Assembly: GCA_964518475.1 (NCBI GenBank)
Contig: CAZFGR010000002.1
Coordinates: 1-64,000 of the forward strand
Source of the DNA: an uncultured Nitrososphaerota archaeon
GTDB lineage: Archaea; Asgardarchaeota; Njordarchaeia; Njordarchaeales; Njordarchaeaceae
Reading direction: 5' to 3'
DNA: 64,000 nucleotides
The notes beneath the pieces are model-generated. The model made no database searches and was not told the DNA's origin. It worked only from the letters and a program-made list of their open reading frames with translations. Made by a program: the position numbers and the translations under genes. Below are positions 30,999 through 41,482 of the stretch, piece by piece (within the stretch, counting starts at the first letter, position 1; each line of letters begins with the position of its first letter).

Positions 30999-32365
30999 TG
31001 GATAGGGAAACTCTACTAGATTTTTGTGAAAAAGTGATTAACAAGGCATTAGAAATAGGAGCTACACAGGCCGAAGTCCGCGTCATAAACTTTAGGAGAT
31101 ACTTGACGAGGTTCGCTAACTCTTACATCCACCAAAACACCGGAGAAACAAACTCTTCCATAACCCTTAGATTCGTCCTAGGAAAAAGAATAGGCACAGT
31201 ATCCATTAATGAACTATCCGAGGAAAACATCGATAAATTGGTAAAAACAGGACTTAAAGTCGCTAAAGTACAAGAAGAGAACCCAGAATTCGTAAGCTTG
31301 CCCGAGCCAGAACCCGTACCAGAGTTAAAAGAAATATTTGTAAAGAAAACCTCGGAGTGCTCCGCGGATACCAGAGCCGAACTTGTCAAGGAATTAATAA
31401 CTACTGCTCATAACTTCTCACCTAAAGTCCATAGTGTAGCGGGAGCACTCTCCACTTCCCAAATAGAGATTACTGTCACTAATTCCTTAGGTATTCAAGC
31501 ATATTCTAAAGCAACGCTAGCCTCCGTAAATACAAATATTATAGCCAGAGAAAACGGCGTAGAGGGATTCGGATACGCTGCTTTCTCCTCTCACAATATC
31601 GATGAGATAGATCCGACAAAAATTGGTCTCGAAGCTGCGGAGAGAGCTGTAAATAGTCTCGGGGCTAAGAAAATCGATCTTGGAGAGTACGAAGTGATTC
31701 TTAATCCATATGCTATAGCTACAGCAATGGTTTATGCTGGTATGAACGGTTTCAACGCAAGAGCTGTACAAGATGGCTTAAGCTTTATGCTTGATCTTAG
31801 AGGAAAGAAGGCATTCTTTGAAAACTTAACAATCTGGGATGATGGCTTAGATCTCAGAGGAATTGCCTTCCCATTCGATATGGAGGGAGTCCCTAAGAAA
31901 AAAGTTGTTTTAGTTGAGAAAGGTGTGCCAAAAAATGTTGTCTACGACTCCTATACTGCTCATAAAGAGAGTAAAAAATCTACTGGTCATGCCGCTTCCT
32001 ATGGTCCTATGCCTACCCACGTGTTCATAGCTCCAGGAGATTCTAGTCTTGAGGAAATGATCAGTGAAACCAAAAAAGGCCTACTTGTCACAAGATTTCA
32101 CTATGTAAGAACAGTTCATGCTAGAAAACTCGTGATAACTGGAATGACTAGAGATGGCACCTGGTTAATAGAAAATGGTGAAATAAAAACACCCGTTAAG
32201 AATCTCAGATTCACAGAAAGCCTCCTAAGAACATTCTCACACATCCAATTAATGAGCAAAGAAACCAGAAGAGTCGGCCTAGGCATCCTATACGGATTAG
32301 GGAGCGTAGTCACTCCGTATCTAAAGATTGAGAAATTCCAATTCACCGGAGTAACAGAATACTAA
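30992..32365 (+). CDS. pmbA: TldE/PmbA family protein (pair 2)
   Basis: TRFANS.IHQN, FD.EGVP, STGH, TG.TRDG, NLRF; overlaps tldD. Confidence 0.9.
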   Translation: MVVDRETLLDFCEKVINKALEIGATQAEVRVINFRRYLTRFANSYIHQNTGETNSSITLRFVLGKRIGTVSINELSEENIDKLVKTGLKVAKVQEENPEFVSLPEPEPVPELKEIFVKKTSECSADTRAELVKELITTAHNFSPKVHSVAGALSTSQIEITVTNSLGIQAYSKATLASVNTNIIARENGVEGFGYAAFSSHNIDEIDPTKIGLEAAERAVNSLGAKKIDLGEYEVILNPYAIATAMVYAGMNGFNARAVQDGLSFMLDLRGKKAFFENLTIWDDGLDLRGIAFPFDMEGVPKKKVVLVEKGVPKNVVYDSYTAHKESKKSTGHAASYGPMPTHVFIAPGDSSLEEMISETKKGLLVTRFHYVRTVHARKLVITGMTRDGTWLIENGEIKTPVKNLRFTESLLRTFSHIQLMSKETRRVGLGILYGLGSVVTPYLKIEKFQFTGVTEY

Positions 32366-32631
32366 AAACCTCTTAAACACATTTTTTATAGGACGTAATG
32401 TGAATATTTCTCATAATAAAACACTTTTTTAATAATATCCAACAGGTAATAGAACGTCCCTCGCTTCTTAAAAATCATTTCTCGACATTACTAGTTGAAG
32501 TTCTAGTGGATTAATTAGGTTCTTTCACTAGATTTGATCAAAGATATTGAACGTTCCACGACTATTTTTTTCTAAGAATGCTTGCATATACGACTTTTAC
32601 TAGATTAGAAAATTTTATAAACCAACATGAT

Positions 32632-32647
32632 ACGAACATTCGTTCGT
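32632..32647. promoter_or_regulatory. Palindrome ACGAAC-N4-GTTCGT (putative repressor operator) upstream of the MFS gene
   Basis: Perfect 6-bp inverted repeat between a TATA-like TTTTATAA (about 32613-32620) and the start codon at 32689. Confidence 0.4.
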
Positions 32648-32688
32648 TCATTTTTATTATAATGCTGAGAAACTAAGAAGGGATCCAG

Positions 32689-34188
32689 TTGAGGATTCAG
32701 CTAAAACAATACGAAGCGATCGGACAAAAAGAATTACAACTAGGACTGAAATATCTGAAACTCGATGGTATCTTTAGTCAATCGATGGGTACTCTCATAA
32801 GTAACACATTCCTAGTGGCCTTCCTGCTCATACTAGGAGCAGCCACTTTTCACGTTGGAATGCTGACAGTTTTAGCCTCCTTAGCTAGTCTTTCCCAGTT
32901 AGCATCTATTTACTTAATGAACGTTGCTAAGAGTAGGAAGATTGTTTGTGTAGTGAGTTCGTTTGTTGCAAGATTATTGATTCTTGTTATGGGTATCACT
33001 ATCCTAGTTGGGGGATACATCAGTCTCTTAGGATTCTTCAGTTTCATGATCATGTTCTATACTTTCTCGAGTGTTTCCAATGGAGCGTTTGGTTACTGGA
33101 TGCTAGAACTCGTCCCTATAGGAATTCGTGGGAAATACTTTGCTGAGCGCGCAAGAATAGCACTATTTATTAGCAGCATTATAGGTTTAGTAGTATCCAT
33201 GTACATAAATATCGAGAAAGGAGTAAGTACCTATGGCATCCTATTTCTGGTTGCTGCTTTATTAGGACTAGTTAGCAACTTCTTCTTAACGAAGATTCCA
33301 GAATCAATATATAAACCTCAAGACCCTCCGTCATTAAGGATTTTCAAGGATCTATTTAAGCATAATGATTTGAGAAAACACCTAGCCTCGATGTATTTCA
33401 TAGTATTCTCAATGTACGTGTCAATACCATTTTTCGTCTACTACATGATAACTAGACTCGAAATGAATATAGTACTTGTTTTTCTCATAACAATTAGTGG
33501 GAGTATAGCCTCGGCTTTGGTTCTTCCCAAGTGGGGCGTTTTAATCGACAAATACGGCATAAAATCTGCTCTAAGGTTCTCAGCCTATATTGTCTTTTTA
33601 TCGTTTCTGATATGGCCCTTCACAACTCTCCCGGAGAAATACTTCCTTTCCATCCCCTTAGCATTTATAGCTTACTTATTAATGATTATTGCTCTAGGAG
33701 GATTTAATTTAACTATGGGACTAGTAGCTTATTATCTAGGCAATGATAAAAGATCATCCCATAGAATCGTACTCAACAATATCTTCACAGCGTTAGGATC
33801 TGTAACGGGATCGTTAATAGGATCCGTATTAACCATACCTACGAAATTCCTAGAATTGAGCCTAACATTCACAATCACGTTTAGAGGAAAATTAATGATA
33901 TTTCTCCTAGACTTAAGAGGCCTAGACTTTCTCTTCGTCATATCAGCAATTCTTGGATTCTTCAGTCTCTCCGCTCTACGTAAATATAGGATAGAAATTA
34001 GCAGAGATGAGGAAAAGAGCTTCTTAGAGATGTACATAAGCTTGAAGAGATATTTCCGAAGTCTAATTGATCATCTCTCTTTAGTACCAGGAAAATATAG
34101 GATTGGACATCGAAAAAACAATCTGATAACACTTTTCTTCCCGCTTTATCGAATATTACCGGTTGAAAAAACGAGACAGAGAAAATAG
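32689..34188 (+). CDS. MFS transporter
   Basis: About 12 TM helices; LVP...RGKYF and WG.LIDKYG (motif A-like). Confidence 0.85.
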   Translation: MRIQLKQYEAIGQKELQLGLKYLKLDGIFSQSMGTLISNTFLVAFLLILGAATFHVGMLTVLASLASLSQLASIYLMNVAKSRKIVCVVSSFVARLLILVMGITILVGGYISLLGFFSFMIMFYTFSSVSNGAFGYWMLELVPIGIRGKYFAERARIALFISSIIGLVVSMYINIEKGVSTYGILFLVAALLGLVSNFFLTKIPESIYKPQDPPSLRIFKDLFKHNDLRKHLASMYFIVFSMYVSIPFFVYYMITRLEMNIVLVFLITISGSIASALVLPKWGVLIDKYGIKSALRFSAYIVFLSFLIWPFTTLPEKYFLSIPLAFIAYLLMIIALGGFNLTMGLVAYYLGNDKRSSHRIVLNNIFTALGSVTGSLIGSVLTIPTKFLELSLTFTITFRGKLMIFLLDLRGLDFLFVISAILGFFSLSALRKYRIEISRDEEKSFLEMYISLKRYFRSLIDHLSLVPGKYRIGHRKNNLITLFFPLYRILPVEKTRQRK

Positions 34189-34627
34189 TTTTACAGAGCT
34201 CTCAACTTTTAAACATAGATATAGATGGTAATTAAGCGGACGGGCTAAGTAAGTACCGAATTACTTGAGTATGTTCTAGCTTATTACTTATTAATGAATA
34301 GATCGGAGCCTCTGTTACGGATTATCTTGCCATGAATTGACTAAAGAAGCAGTGCTAAAATATTAGCCTTTATAGGTGTTTAGAAAGAATATATTGAAAG
34401 AGAATATTGGAGAAGTTTCAGGAAAACTATCCTCCCGAACATACCAAAGTTGTTTATTATCGGTAATTCTATGTGCTCCCGCAGTTAATGCTTTCCGTCT
34501 TTATCTTTCTTAATCGTTGAATAAATCCCCATTAGGAATATCCAATATGATAACATGTTCAGAATTAATCTTTATGATCAAAAATTTTAATACTCGATTA
34601 AGGAAATATGCGTTTTCGGGGGTTTTT

Positions 34628-35992
34628 ATGATGCGTGATTTTACTGCTTGTGAGAAGTTTATTTTAAAGAAGATGAGTGAGACTAGGATTCCCGGTTTAA
34701 GCATAGCTGTGGTCGAAGGCGATGATGTAATCTATGCAAGAGGTTTTGGTTTTAAAGATCTAGCTTCTGGTACCCCTACTACGCCTAAAACACTCTATGG
34801 TATCGGATCCGTCACAAAGTCGTTCACAGCATTAGCTATTATGATGCTCGCTGAGGAAGGAAGGCTTGACGTAAATGATTCTATAGAGAAATATGTCCCA
34901 CTAAAGATACGTCCATTTGGTCAAGAAATAAGGATTCACCACCTCTTAACACATACCTCTGGAATCCCAGCACTTGCCTACGCAGAAGCATTTATCAGCA
35001 ACGTACTGGGCCTCGACCATTACTGGCTCCCAGTAGCTAGTCCGGATGACATAATAACTTTCATGAAGGATGCTGAGGAATGGGTTCATGCAAAGCCTGG
35101 AGAAAGATTCTTCTATCTCAACGAAGGCTACGTGTTATTGGGACAAATAATATCAAAGGTTAGTGGAGTTAAGTACGAAGCATTCGTGAAAGAAAGAATA
35201 TTAAAACCACTCAAGATGCATCGAAGCTACTTCTCGAAAAAAGAAGTGGATGAAGACGGGGATTTCGCCACCCCATACATCATAAATAAGGAAGGCAAAC
35301 ACATTGTTTCGAGATTCCCCTTCGGCGTCACCTCGGATGGAGGATTAATAAGCAATGTCTTGGATCTAGCAAATTATATCAGAATGTACCTGAATAGGGG
35401 AGAATTCGATGGAGAGAAACTAGTGAGCAGAGAATCAATAGAGGCAATGGAACAGATCTATATCAAATTCCCATACGAATTATTCGGCGGAGAAGGATAC
35501 GGGTACGGTTGGAGCATAGTACCTAATTTCCACGGATACAAACTCGTGAACCACTCAGGATCCGTGGGAGTACATACTGCTTACGTAGGTTACATCCCAG
35601 ACAAAAAGATTGGCGTAGCAATACTGGCTAACGCAGCTGGTTACCCACTACAGAACATAGGAATGTACGTATTAACACACCTACTAGGCAAAGATCCCGA
35701 ACAACTACCAATGATAAGAAACGACAACATTCTAGAAAAACTACAGGGACTGTACGAAACCTATAAAAGCACATACAAGGTGGAGATCAAGAAGAACGGA
35801 AGCTACTTACTAGCAATACACAAGAACAAATACCAAGAAACAATAGTCCCCCTCATTCCAGAAAAGCTAGATCAAGAAGAAGCAGTCTTTTACATTCTCT
35901 CAAACTGGAGAAAAATCCCAGTAGAATTCATAATAAGAAAAGACAGAATAGAACTAATCTACGAAAGATACAAATTCATCAAAAAGCAATAA
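34628..35992 (+). CDS. Beta-lactamase-fold serine peptidase (Pab87/CubicO-like)
   Basis: GSVTKSF (SxxK), LLTHTSG, YLN, HSG, plus a C-terminal extra domain. Confidence 0.9.
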   Translation: MMRDFTACEKFILKKMSETRIPGLSIAVVEGDDVIYARGFGFKDLASGTPTTPKTLYGIGSVTKSFTALAIMMLAEEGRLDVNDSIEKYVPLKIRPFGQEIRIHHLLTHTSGIPALAYAEAFISNVLGLDHYWLPVASPDDIITFMKDAEEWVHAKPGERFFYLNEGYVLLGQIISKVSGVKYEAFVKERILKPLKMHRSYFSKKEVDEDGDFATPYIINKEGKHIVSRFPFGVTSDGGLISNVLDLANYIRMYLNRGEFDGEKLVSRESIEAMEQIYIKFPYELFGGEGYGYGWSIVPNFHGYKLVNHSGSVGVHTAYVGYIPDKKIGVAILANAAGYPLQNIGMYVLTHLLGKDPEQLPMIRNDNILEKLQGLYETYKSTYKVEIKKNGSYLLAIHKNKYQETIVPLIPEKLDQEEAVFYILSNWRKIPVEFIIRKDRIELIYERYKFIKKQ

Positions 35993-36246
35993 AGAAAAAC
36001 TCCCTACAAATCACATTTCTCTCTTCTTGATTTAGCCGTGCAAACTCTCTAGAGTTATTCTAGAGATACTCTGTATACTATGTATGTCAATTTTTATATA
36101 CCTCTTTCATTTTATTTCTTTTTTAAAAATAACTGCAAAATATAACCATATACCTATTGATGTTGATGAAATAATTGCGATTATTAGCTTCCGATGCGAA
36201 CATACCCCTATGAACCAATCATAGACTATCAGCATGGTGAACCTAT

Positions 36247-37482
36247 TTGACCATGCTGAGATTGTGGAGATTTGCTATTAAGGATTTAAAGAGAAAAGCT
36301 AGTATAGCTATTATCATTCTCTTCTTGATACCTTCTTGGTCTATTCTTGCTAATGTTTCACAACTTTTCGTTGAGACACCAGATGAAAAATACATCTGGG
36401 AACTACAATGGCCCGCTGATATTGAAGCAGGTATGAAGAATGCGAGTGAAACTCCAATTCTCTTAAAAAAACTTAAGGAGATTGAGGGCATTAAATGGTA
36501 TGTTTATCCAAGTGAGATAGATCTCTGGAATTGGTTATCTTATGAAGAACGCAACTATAGCCTATGTGTACATTGGTGCAATGTTGATGATCCTACTTTC
36601 CCTTCTCCCGAATTCTTAATTGAGGGGCGTTTCTTTAGGTCTAACTACGAGAGAACCGTGATAATTGAGAATATTGGGCTACAACTTCTCAAGGATCTAG
36701 GGCTTTACAAAGGACTGGGGGAGAATAGAACAATCATATGTTTGCGAGCATTTAACCTAATAGAAAACGTAACCGTAGTATTTAACCTAACGTTAATAGG
36801 AGTAATAGCTAATCCAGCAACGATAGGAGAAGAAGAACTCCATCTCCGACTCTCCAACACAATTAATATATTCCTTCCATTAGGTACTTACTTAGACTTT
36901 TTTAACAAGACCTTCCTCGGAGGTAGGTATTGGGCGGCAGACTTCAGACCCGGAAACATGGATTGGGAATGGTATTTCTTTCCGACAGCGTGGATTAAGG
37001 TCAAGAAGGGTTATGATGTGGAAGAGGTTGCGGAAAATATTCGCCGATCCATTCCGGGAGTAATCGTTAGGGCAAGAACTAAATCCGAAAAATCTAGAAT
37101 TAAGTGGCTCCTATATAGGCTTGGCGTTGCGCTTATTATTAGTTATGCTCTGTTAGGATCCATTATTATTCTGGATATGTACATAAACCAGTCACAAATA
37201 TCAATGCTCAAAGTTCTTGGTTGGCAACAATCTCATATGGTCAAATGGTTCATGCTTAAGTATCTGACAATAGGTATACTTGATACTTTCCTTGTCCTGA
37301 TCTTCCCAGGTCTGACGATAGGTTTGTTACTTGGTTTCTCCTTTACTTGGTATTCACTATATATTTATCTCGTCCACTTACCATATTACCTGGCTTTCAT
37401 GATTCTCGCATCTCTACTACTAGGGCTCCCAGCGATGATAATGGGTTACAGGATCAGCGCTGAGAGCGCGATCAGGAGCTGA
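36247..37482 (+). CDS. ABC transporter permease (MacB/FtsX-like)
   Basis: N-terminal TM, extracytoplasmic EGRFF domain, I.MLKVLGW, three C-terminal TM helices. Confidence 0.8.
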   Translation: MTMLRLWRFAIKDLKRKASIAIIILFLIPSWSILANVSQLFVETPDEKYIWELQWPADIEAGMKNASETPILLKKLKEIEGIKWYVYPSEIDLWNWLSYEERNYSLCVHWCNVDDPTFPSPEFLIEGRFFRSNYERTVIIENIGLQLLKDLGLYKGLGENRTIICLRAFNLIENVTVVFNLTLIGVIANPATIGEEELHLRLSNTINIFLPLGTYLDFFNKTFLGGRYWAADFRPGNMDWEWYFFPTAWIKVKKGYDVEEVAENIRRSIPGVIVRARTKSEKSRIKWLLYRLGVALIISYALLGSIIILDMYINQSQISMLKVLGWQQSHMVKWFMLKYLTIGILDTFLVLIFPGLTIGLLLGFSFTWYSLYIYLVHLPYYLAFMILASLLLGLPAMIMGYRISAESAIRS

Positions 37483-37487
37483 AGAAA

Positions 37488-38462
37488 ATGAGGTTAGTGA
37501 TAAAATACGTTGTAAAGAGTATAATTAATAGGAAAAAGCTACTAATCTTCTCTCTAGTTGTACTGTTCATGTTCCTGTATCCCCTATACACTTACGAAAG
37601 AATATTCAACAATAATTACTTTATTGTTTACTCAAAGAAGGAGTTGATAAGTAATGAAGAGAGGTGTAAGTTAGAGAATATTCCTGGAGTTTATAGCGTG
37701 GTAGCTTTTCTCAGCAATTTTTCAGAGGTGGATAATAAGAGCGCCATTATTATTAAGACAGATAAGAGAGCGGCAACTTTTATTCTCCGGAAATATCTTG
37801 TTAGGGGGCGTCTTCCTAGAGATTATGGTGAGTTATTGGTTGTGGAGAATCACCAGTTGGATATGGGGAAGACCATTACTCTTAATGGTTCAGAGTATCT
37901 AATTGTTGGTGTAGTAGCAGAGGATTTAGCTGGAAGGGTTATTTTCGGGGGCTGGAATGTAGACATTATTTTGATCCAAGTGATCAGTTACTTGGAGTAT
38001 TGTAATACGTTGATGATCTGGATAGATCCTTTTGCAAATACGACTCGTATAGGAAAAACTATTTACTCAACCATACAAACGGACATAACTGTGATCCCAA
38101 TGACTGATTGGCGACGGAAAGAGTTAATCCTTGAAGTACTATTCATTACTATCCTCTCAACGGCATTACCGTATCTTTTCCTATACTCTTTAAGAAAAGA
38201 GTGTGCTGTCTTATTTATGTTTGGTTGGACATTTGCTCCAATTCTCGGAGTTGTTGTCCTCCGATATATCATTGTCTTTACTATTGGATACGTCTTGTCT
38301 CTTATCTCGCTGTATGGGATTATAGAGCTCTTGTTAAGGAACCACTTGTTTTTTACAGGTTTCTTGCTTGTTCCTTTCGTTGCTTTGTTAACGAATATTG
38401 TTGCTATTTGTTTCTTCCTAGGAATCTTCTCTAAGAAGTTTGTGGAGGGATTGGTGGAGTGA
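37488..38462 (+). CDS. ABC transporter permease (MacB/FtsX-like)
   Basis: GRLP, IVGV, RKE.AVL...GW with TM helices. Confidence 0.75.
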   Translation: MRLVIKYVVKSIINRKKLLIFSLVVLFMFLYPLYTYERIFNNNYFIVYSKKELISNEERCKLENIPGVYSVVAFLSNFSEVDNKSAIIIKTDKRAATFILRKYLVRGRLPRDYGELLVVENHQLDMGKTITLNGSEYLIVGVVAEDLAGRVIFGGWNVDIILIQVISYLEYCNTLMIWIDPFANTTRIGKTIYSTIQTDITVIPMTDWRRKELILEVLFITILSTALPYLFLYSLRKECAVLFMFGWTFAPILGVVVLRYIIVFTIGYVLSLISLYGIIELLLRNHLFFTGFLLVPFVALLTNIVAICFFLGIFSKKFVEGLVE

Positions 38463-39154
38463 CCGAGATAATAGCGAAAAACGTTTGTAAAATCTATGAG
38501 ATGGGGGATAAAAAGATCTATGCTGTTAAGGATGTTTCCCTCAGGGTTAAGCAGGGAGAATTTGTAGCGATTTTTGGTCCATCAGGTAGTGGGAAAACTA
38601 CTTTGCTGATGCTTTTAGCTGTTATAATAAAACCTACTAGTGGCGAGATTTTCTATGATAATTTAGATATTACTAAGTTATCTGAGAGCGAAGCTGCCAA
38701 GTGGAGATACGAGAATATCGGTTTTATTCCTCAGAAAATAAATCTTATAGAATTCCTAAATGTGCTAGATAACGTCTTAGCGCCTACTTATCCCTATGTT
38801 AAAGACTTCGAGAAGGCAAAAGAGAGGGCGCTTGAGCTTATTAATAGAGTTGGACTTGGTCATAGGATAAAGCATAAGCCAGCACAACTTAGCGTTGGTG
38901 AACAGCAGAGAGTAGCTATAGCTAGAGCTTTGATTAATAATCCAAAAGTAGTGCTCGCGGATGAGCCAACAGCTCATCTAGATACGGAGACTGGGAAGAG
39001 AATAGTTATGCTGATGAAGGAGTTGCGTGACGAGTACAACGTAACCTTTATAGTAAGTACTCATGACCCAGAAATAGCCAAAATAGCGGATAGAATAATA
39101 GAGATTAGGGATGGTAAAATTACTGGTCAAAAAGTACTTAGTGCAAAAAGCTAA
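38459..39154 (+). CDS. ABC ATP-binding protein (LolD/MacB-like)
   Basis: GPSGSGKT, LSVGEQQRVAIARAL, DEPT, THD. Confidence 0.95.
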   Translation: MTEIIAKNVCKIYEMGDKKIYAVKDVSLRVKQGEFVAIFGPSGSGKTTLLMLLAVIIKPTSGEIFYDNLDITKLSESEAAKWRYENIGFIPQKINLIEFLNVLDNVLAPTYPYVKDFEKAKERALELINRVGLGHRIKHKPAQLSVGEQQRVAIARALINNPKVVLADEPTAHLDTETGKRIVMLMKELRDEYNVTFIVSTHDPEIAKIADRIIEIRDGKITGQKVLSAKS

Positions 39155-39195
39155 TTATTTTTAAATTTTTTATTTTCTCTAATTTACAATGGTTT

Positions 39196-40500
39196 ATGAG
39201 AGTGCATGTGGTTTTCTATTATTCTCGCGATAACAAGTATTCTCTCAACGCCGTCATAGCCGCTGTAGATGCTGAAAAAGTTACGGAGAATATTCACATT
39301 ATCAGGGATAAAACCGAGCTCATTAATGTTGTTTATAAGCTTTCTAGTAGGGGAGATTTAGTAGTCACGTGTTTAAGCTTCATGACTACGCAGCTTCCCG
39401 AGATAATTTCGCTGGTTTCTACTCTTAGAAAAATAGGTAGAGAGAACATCTTGTTAGTTGCTGGTGGGCCTCATGCAACGGGTGATCCCGCTGGTACTCT
39501 TCTTAAGCTAGGTTTTGATGTTGCTTTTGTGGGTGAGGCGGAGAAGAGTTTTCCAGAATTTATAAGACACATTACTAGTGGGGAAGATTATAGAGATGTT
39601 CCGGGGATTGTCTATAGGGAAAAGGATGAGTTATTCTTCACGGGTTCGCCCCCAAGAGTGGTCCTTGATCACTATCCTCCATTTCCATTCTGGAGAAACT
39701 TGCTGGGGCCCATAGAGATTACTCGTGGTTGTCCATGGCTCTGCACTTATTGCCAAGTACCATATTTCCACGGTGTCGTTCCGAGGCATAGGAGCATAGA
39801 TAACATAATGTATTACGTGAAAGCTCTTCTAGAGAGCGGCGCTAGAGATGTAAGATTCATCACCCCCAACGCTTTTTCTTATGGTAGTAATGGTAGAGGA
39901 CCAGTAATATCAAAACTTAATGAACTCGTAGAGAATCTCTACAAACTCGCAAAGCTTTATAGAGGAAGAATATATCTCGGAAGTTTCCCGAGCGAAGTCA
40001 GACCAGAATTTGTGACAGAGGAAACACTACGTACTATCAAGGATAAAGTAGCTAATAAGATCCTAATAATTGGTGCTCAGAGTGGAAGCGAGAAAGTGTT
40101 AAAACTGATTAGGAGAGGTCATGATATAAATTGTGTACTAAGAGCAGTAGAACTTTGCAGAAAATACGGTTTCATTCCTCATGTGGACTTCATTTTTGGC
40201 CTACCAGGTGAGGACAGGGGGGACTTAATGGATAGTTTAAGACTGGCGAAGAAATTGGTTGAAATGGGAGCTAGAATCCATGCTCACACATTTATGCCAT
40301 TGCCAGGAACTCCTCTTGAAGATGCTCCACCTGGCAAAATACCAGAGTGGCTTAAGAAAGAGTTGTCAAGAATGACTGGTCGTGGAAAACTATATGGTAA
40401 CTGGGTAAAGCAGGAAAAAATAGCATGGATGATTCATAATTACATTAAGAGAGGGATCATCCTTGGAAAAAAAGGCTGGAAGCTCCTAAGAAATGCTTAA
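39196..40500 (+). CDS. B12-binding radical SAM protein (MJ1487-like)
   Basis: SFMTTQ, AGGPHATG, GEAE, EITRGCPWLCTYCQ, PSEVRPE, HTFMPLPGTP. Confidence 0.88.
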   Translation: MRVHVVFYYSRDNKYSLNAVIAAVDAEKVTENIHIIRDKTELINVVYKLSSRGDLVVTCLSFMTTQLPEIISLVSTLRKIGRENILLVAGGPHATGDPAGTLLKLGFDVAFVGEAEKSFPEFIRHITSGEDYRDVPGIVYREKDELFFTGSPPRVVLDHYPPFPFWRNLLGPIEITRGCPWLCTYCQVPYFHGVVPRHRSIDNIMYYVKALLESGARDVRFITPNAFSYGSNGRGPVISKLNELVENLYKLAKLYRGRIYLGSFPSEVRPEFVTEETLRTIKDKVANKILIIGAQSGSEKVLKLIRRGHDINCVLRAVELCRKYGFIPHVDFIFGLPGEDRGDLMDSLRLAKKLVEMGARIHAHTFMPLPGTPLEDAPPGKIPEWLKKELSRMTGRGKLYGNWVKQEKIAWMIHNYIKRGIILGKKGWKLLRNA

Positions 40501-40605
40501 CTACTTCTTTTTATAAATTCGAGAAGGAATAGAATTTCCTGAACATGTTTATTAAGGCATGCTCACGAGATTTATTCTTTAGACTGCTATACTTGGTGTT
40601 TCATT

Positions 40606-40959
40606 TTGAGGTTTAGGAGGAAGAGGTATAGGTTATGGATTGCTAATCCATGGGTAGAACATCAGATTAAGAGAAAGATCTTTAGAGATGCGGAAAAGTA
40701 TCTCCGGTATAAAGAAGGAGTTAGAGGAAAGCTTAAACCGATAGGAGCGAACTTTTATCTCGAAGTAGAAGAAGTCGGTGATGAAAGATTCGAAATGCCC
40801 TATGCAGAAGTTTGCTTCAAAGAATTGTACGATGATGTTGCAGTAGCCTTCTACATGGTTAAGGTGTACTTTCACTTAGATGGCGAGTTTGTCTATGTGT
40901 CAGAGGCGAAGAAAGGGAGCAAAGACATGTGCGATGCGTGTAAGGAGGGGCAAGAATAA
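40606..40959 (+). CDS. Hypothetical protein with C-terminal CxxC
   Basis: 117-aa ORF with a GGTG SD-like motif upstream; ends MCDACKEGQE. Confidence 0.55.
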   Translation: MRFRRKRYRLWIANPWVEHQIKRKIFRDAEKYLRYKEGVRGKLKPIGANFYLEVEEVGDERFEMPYAEVCFKELYDDVAVAFYMVKVYFHLDGEFVYVSEAKKGSKDMCDACKEGQE

Positions 40960-41121
40960 CAATGCTTACTAGAAATGATGAATTCATCTTGGAAATTTTG
41001 CTAGTCTTTTCATGGTGTATCCACACTTATTTGATCTAGTTTAGTCATAATTTTAAAAGCTTCCCTTAGTACTATTCTTGATTATAGTGCATCCTTAACT
41101 AGTATGTTAAGACATTAATTA

Positions 41122-41178
41122 GACGATGATGAGCCCCCTTGGGAGCTGAGGAGTGATGATCTCAGGCGGTGCTGAGAA
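41122..41178 (+). ncRNA. Archaeal C/D-box 2'-O-methylation guide sRNA
   Basis: C box ATGATGA 41126-32, 13-nt guide, D' CTGA 41146-49, C' GTGATGA 41153-59, 12-nt guide, D CTGA 41172-75. Canonical spacing; a GC-rich island in AT-rich intergenic DNA. Confidence 0.88.
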
Positions 41179-41482
41179 TTCTGGATCGGTGATTATGTTC
41201 TTCTGATTCTACTAATATCTATATATTCGCTTCGGATGCGATTGGCTCAGAAATTAGCGATAAAATCGGTTATGTCCAGTAGTACTGTATCATCACTTTC
41301 CAACTTGAGAACTTCCAGAAGTATACGCTACTCAAAGAGTTTTAAGTTCTGATTCTCTAGCAAACATGGTATCTTTACAGACTCGTTTATGAAAACCAGA
41401 AGGAGGAAGGAAGCTATAGAGATTAGAAAGTTTCCTCTGGCGTCGATCCAAGAGTATTAATCTTATCAATGAGTTGATTGGA

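Noticed and set aside
41095-41110. TTAAC-N6-GTTAA near the C/D sRNA, resembling the pur operator
   Set aside because: The spacer is 2 bp shorter than in the pur sites and it is a single copy in AT-rich DNA.
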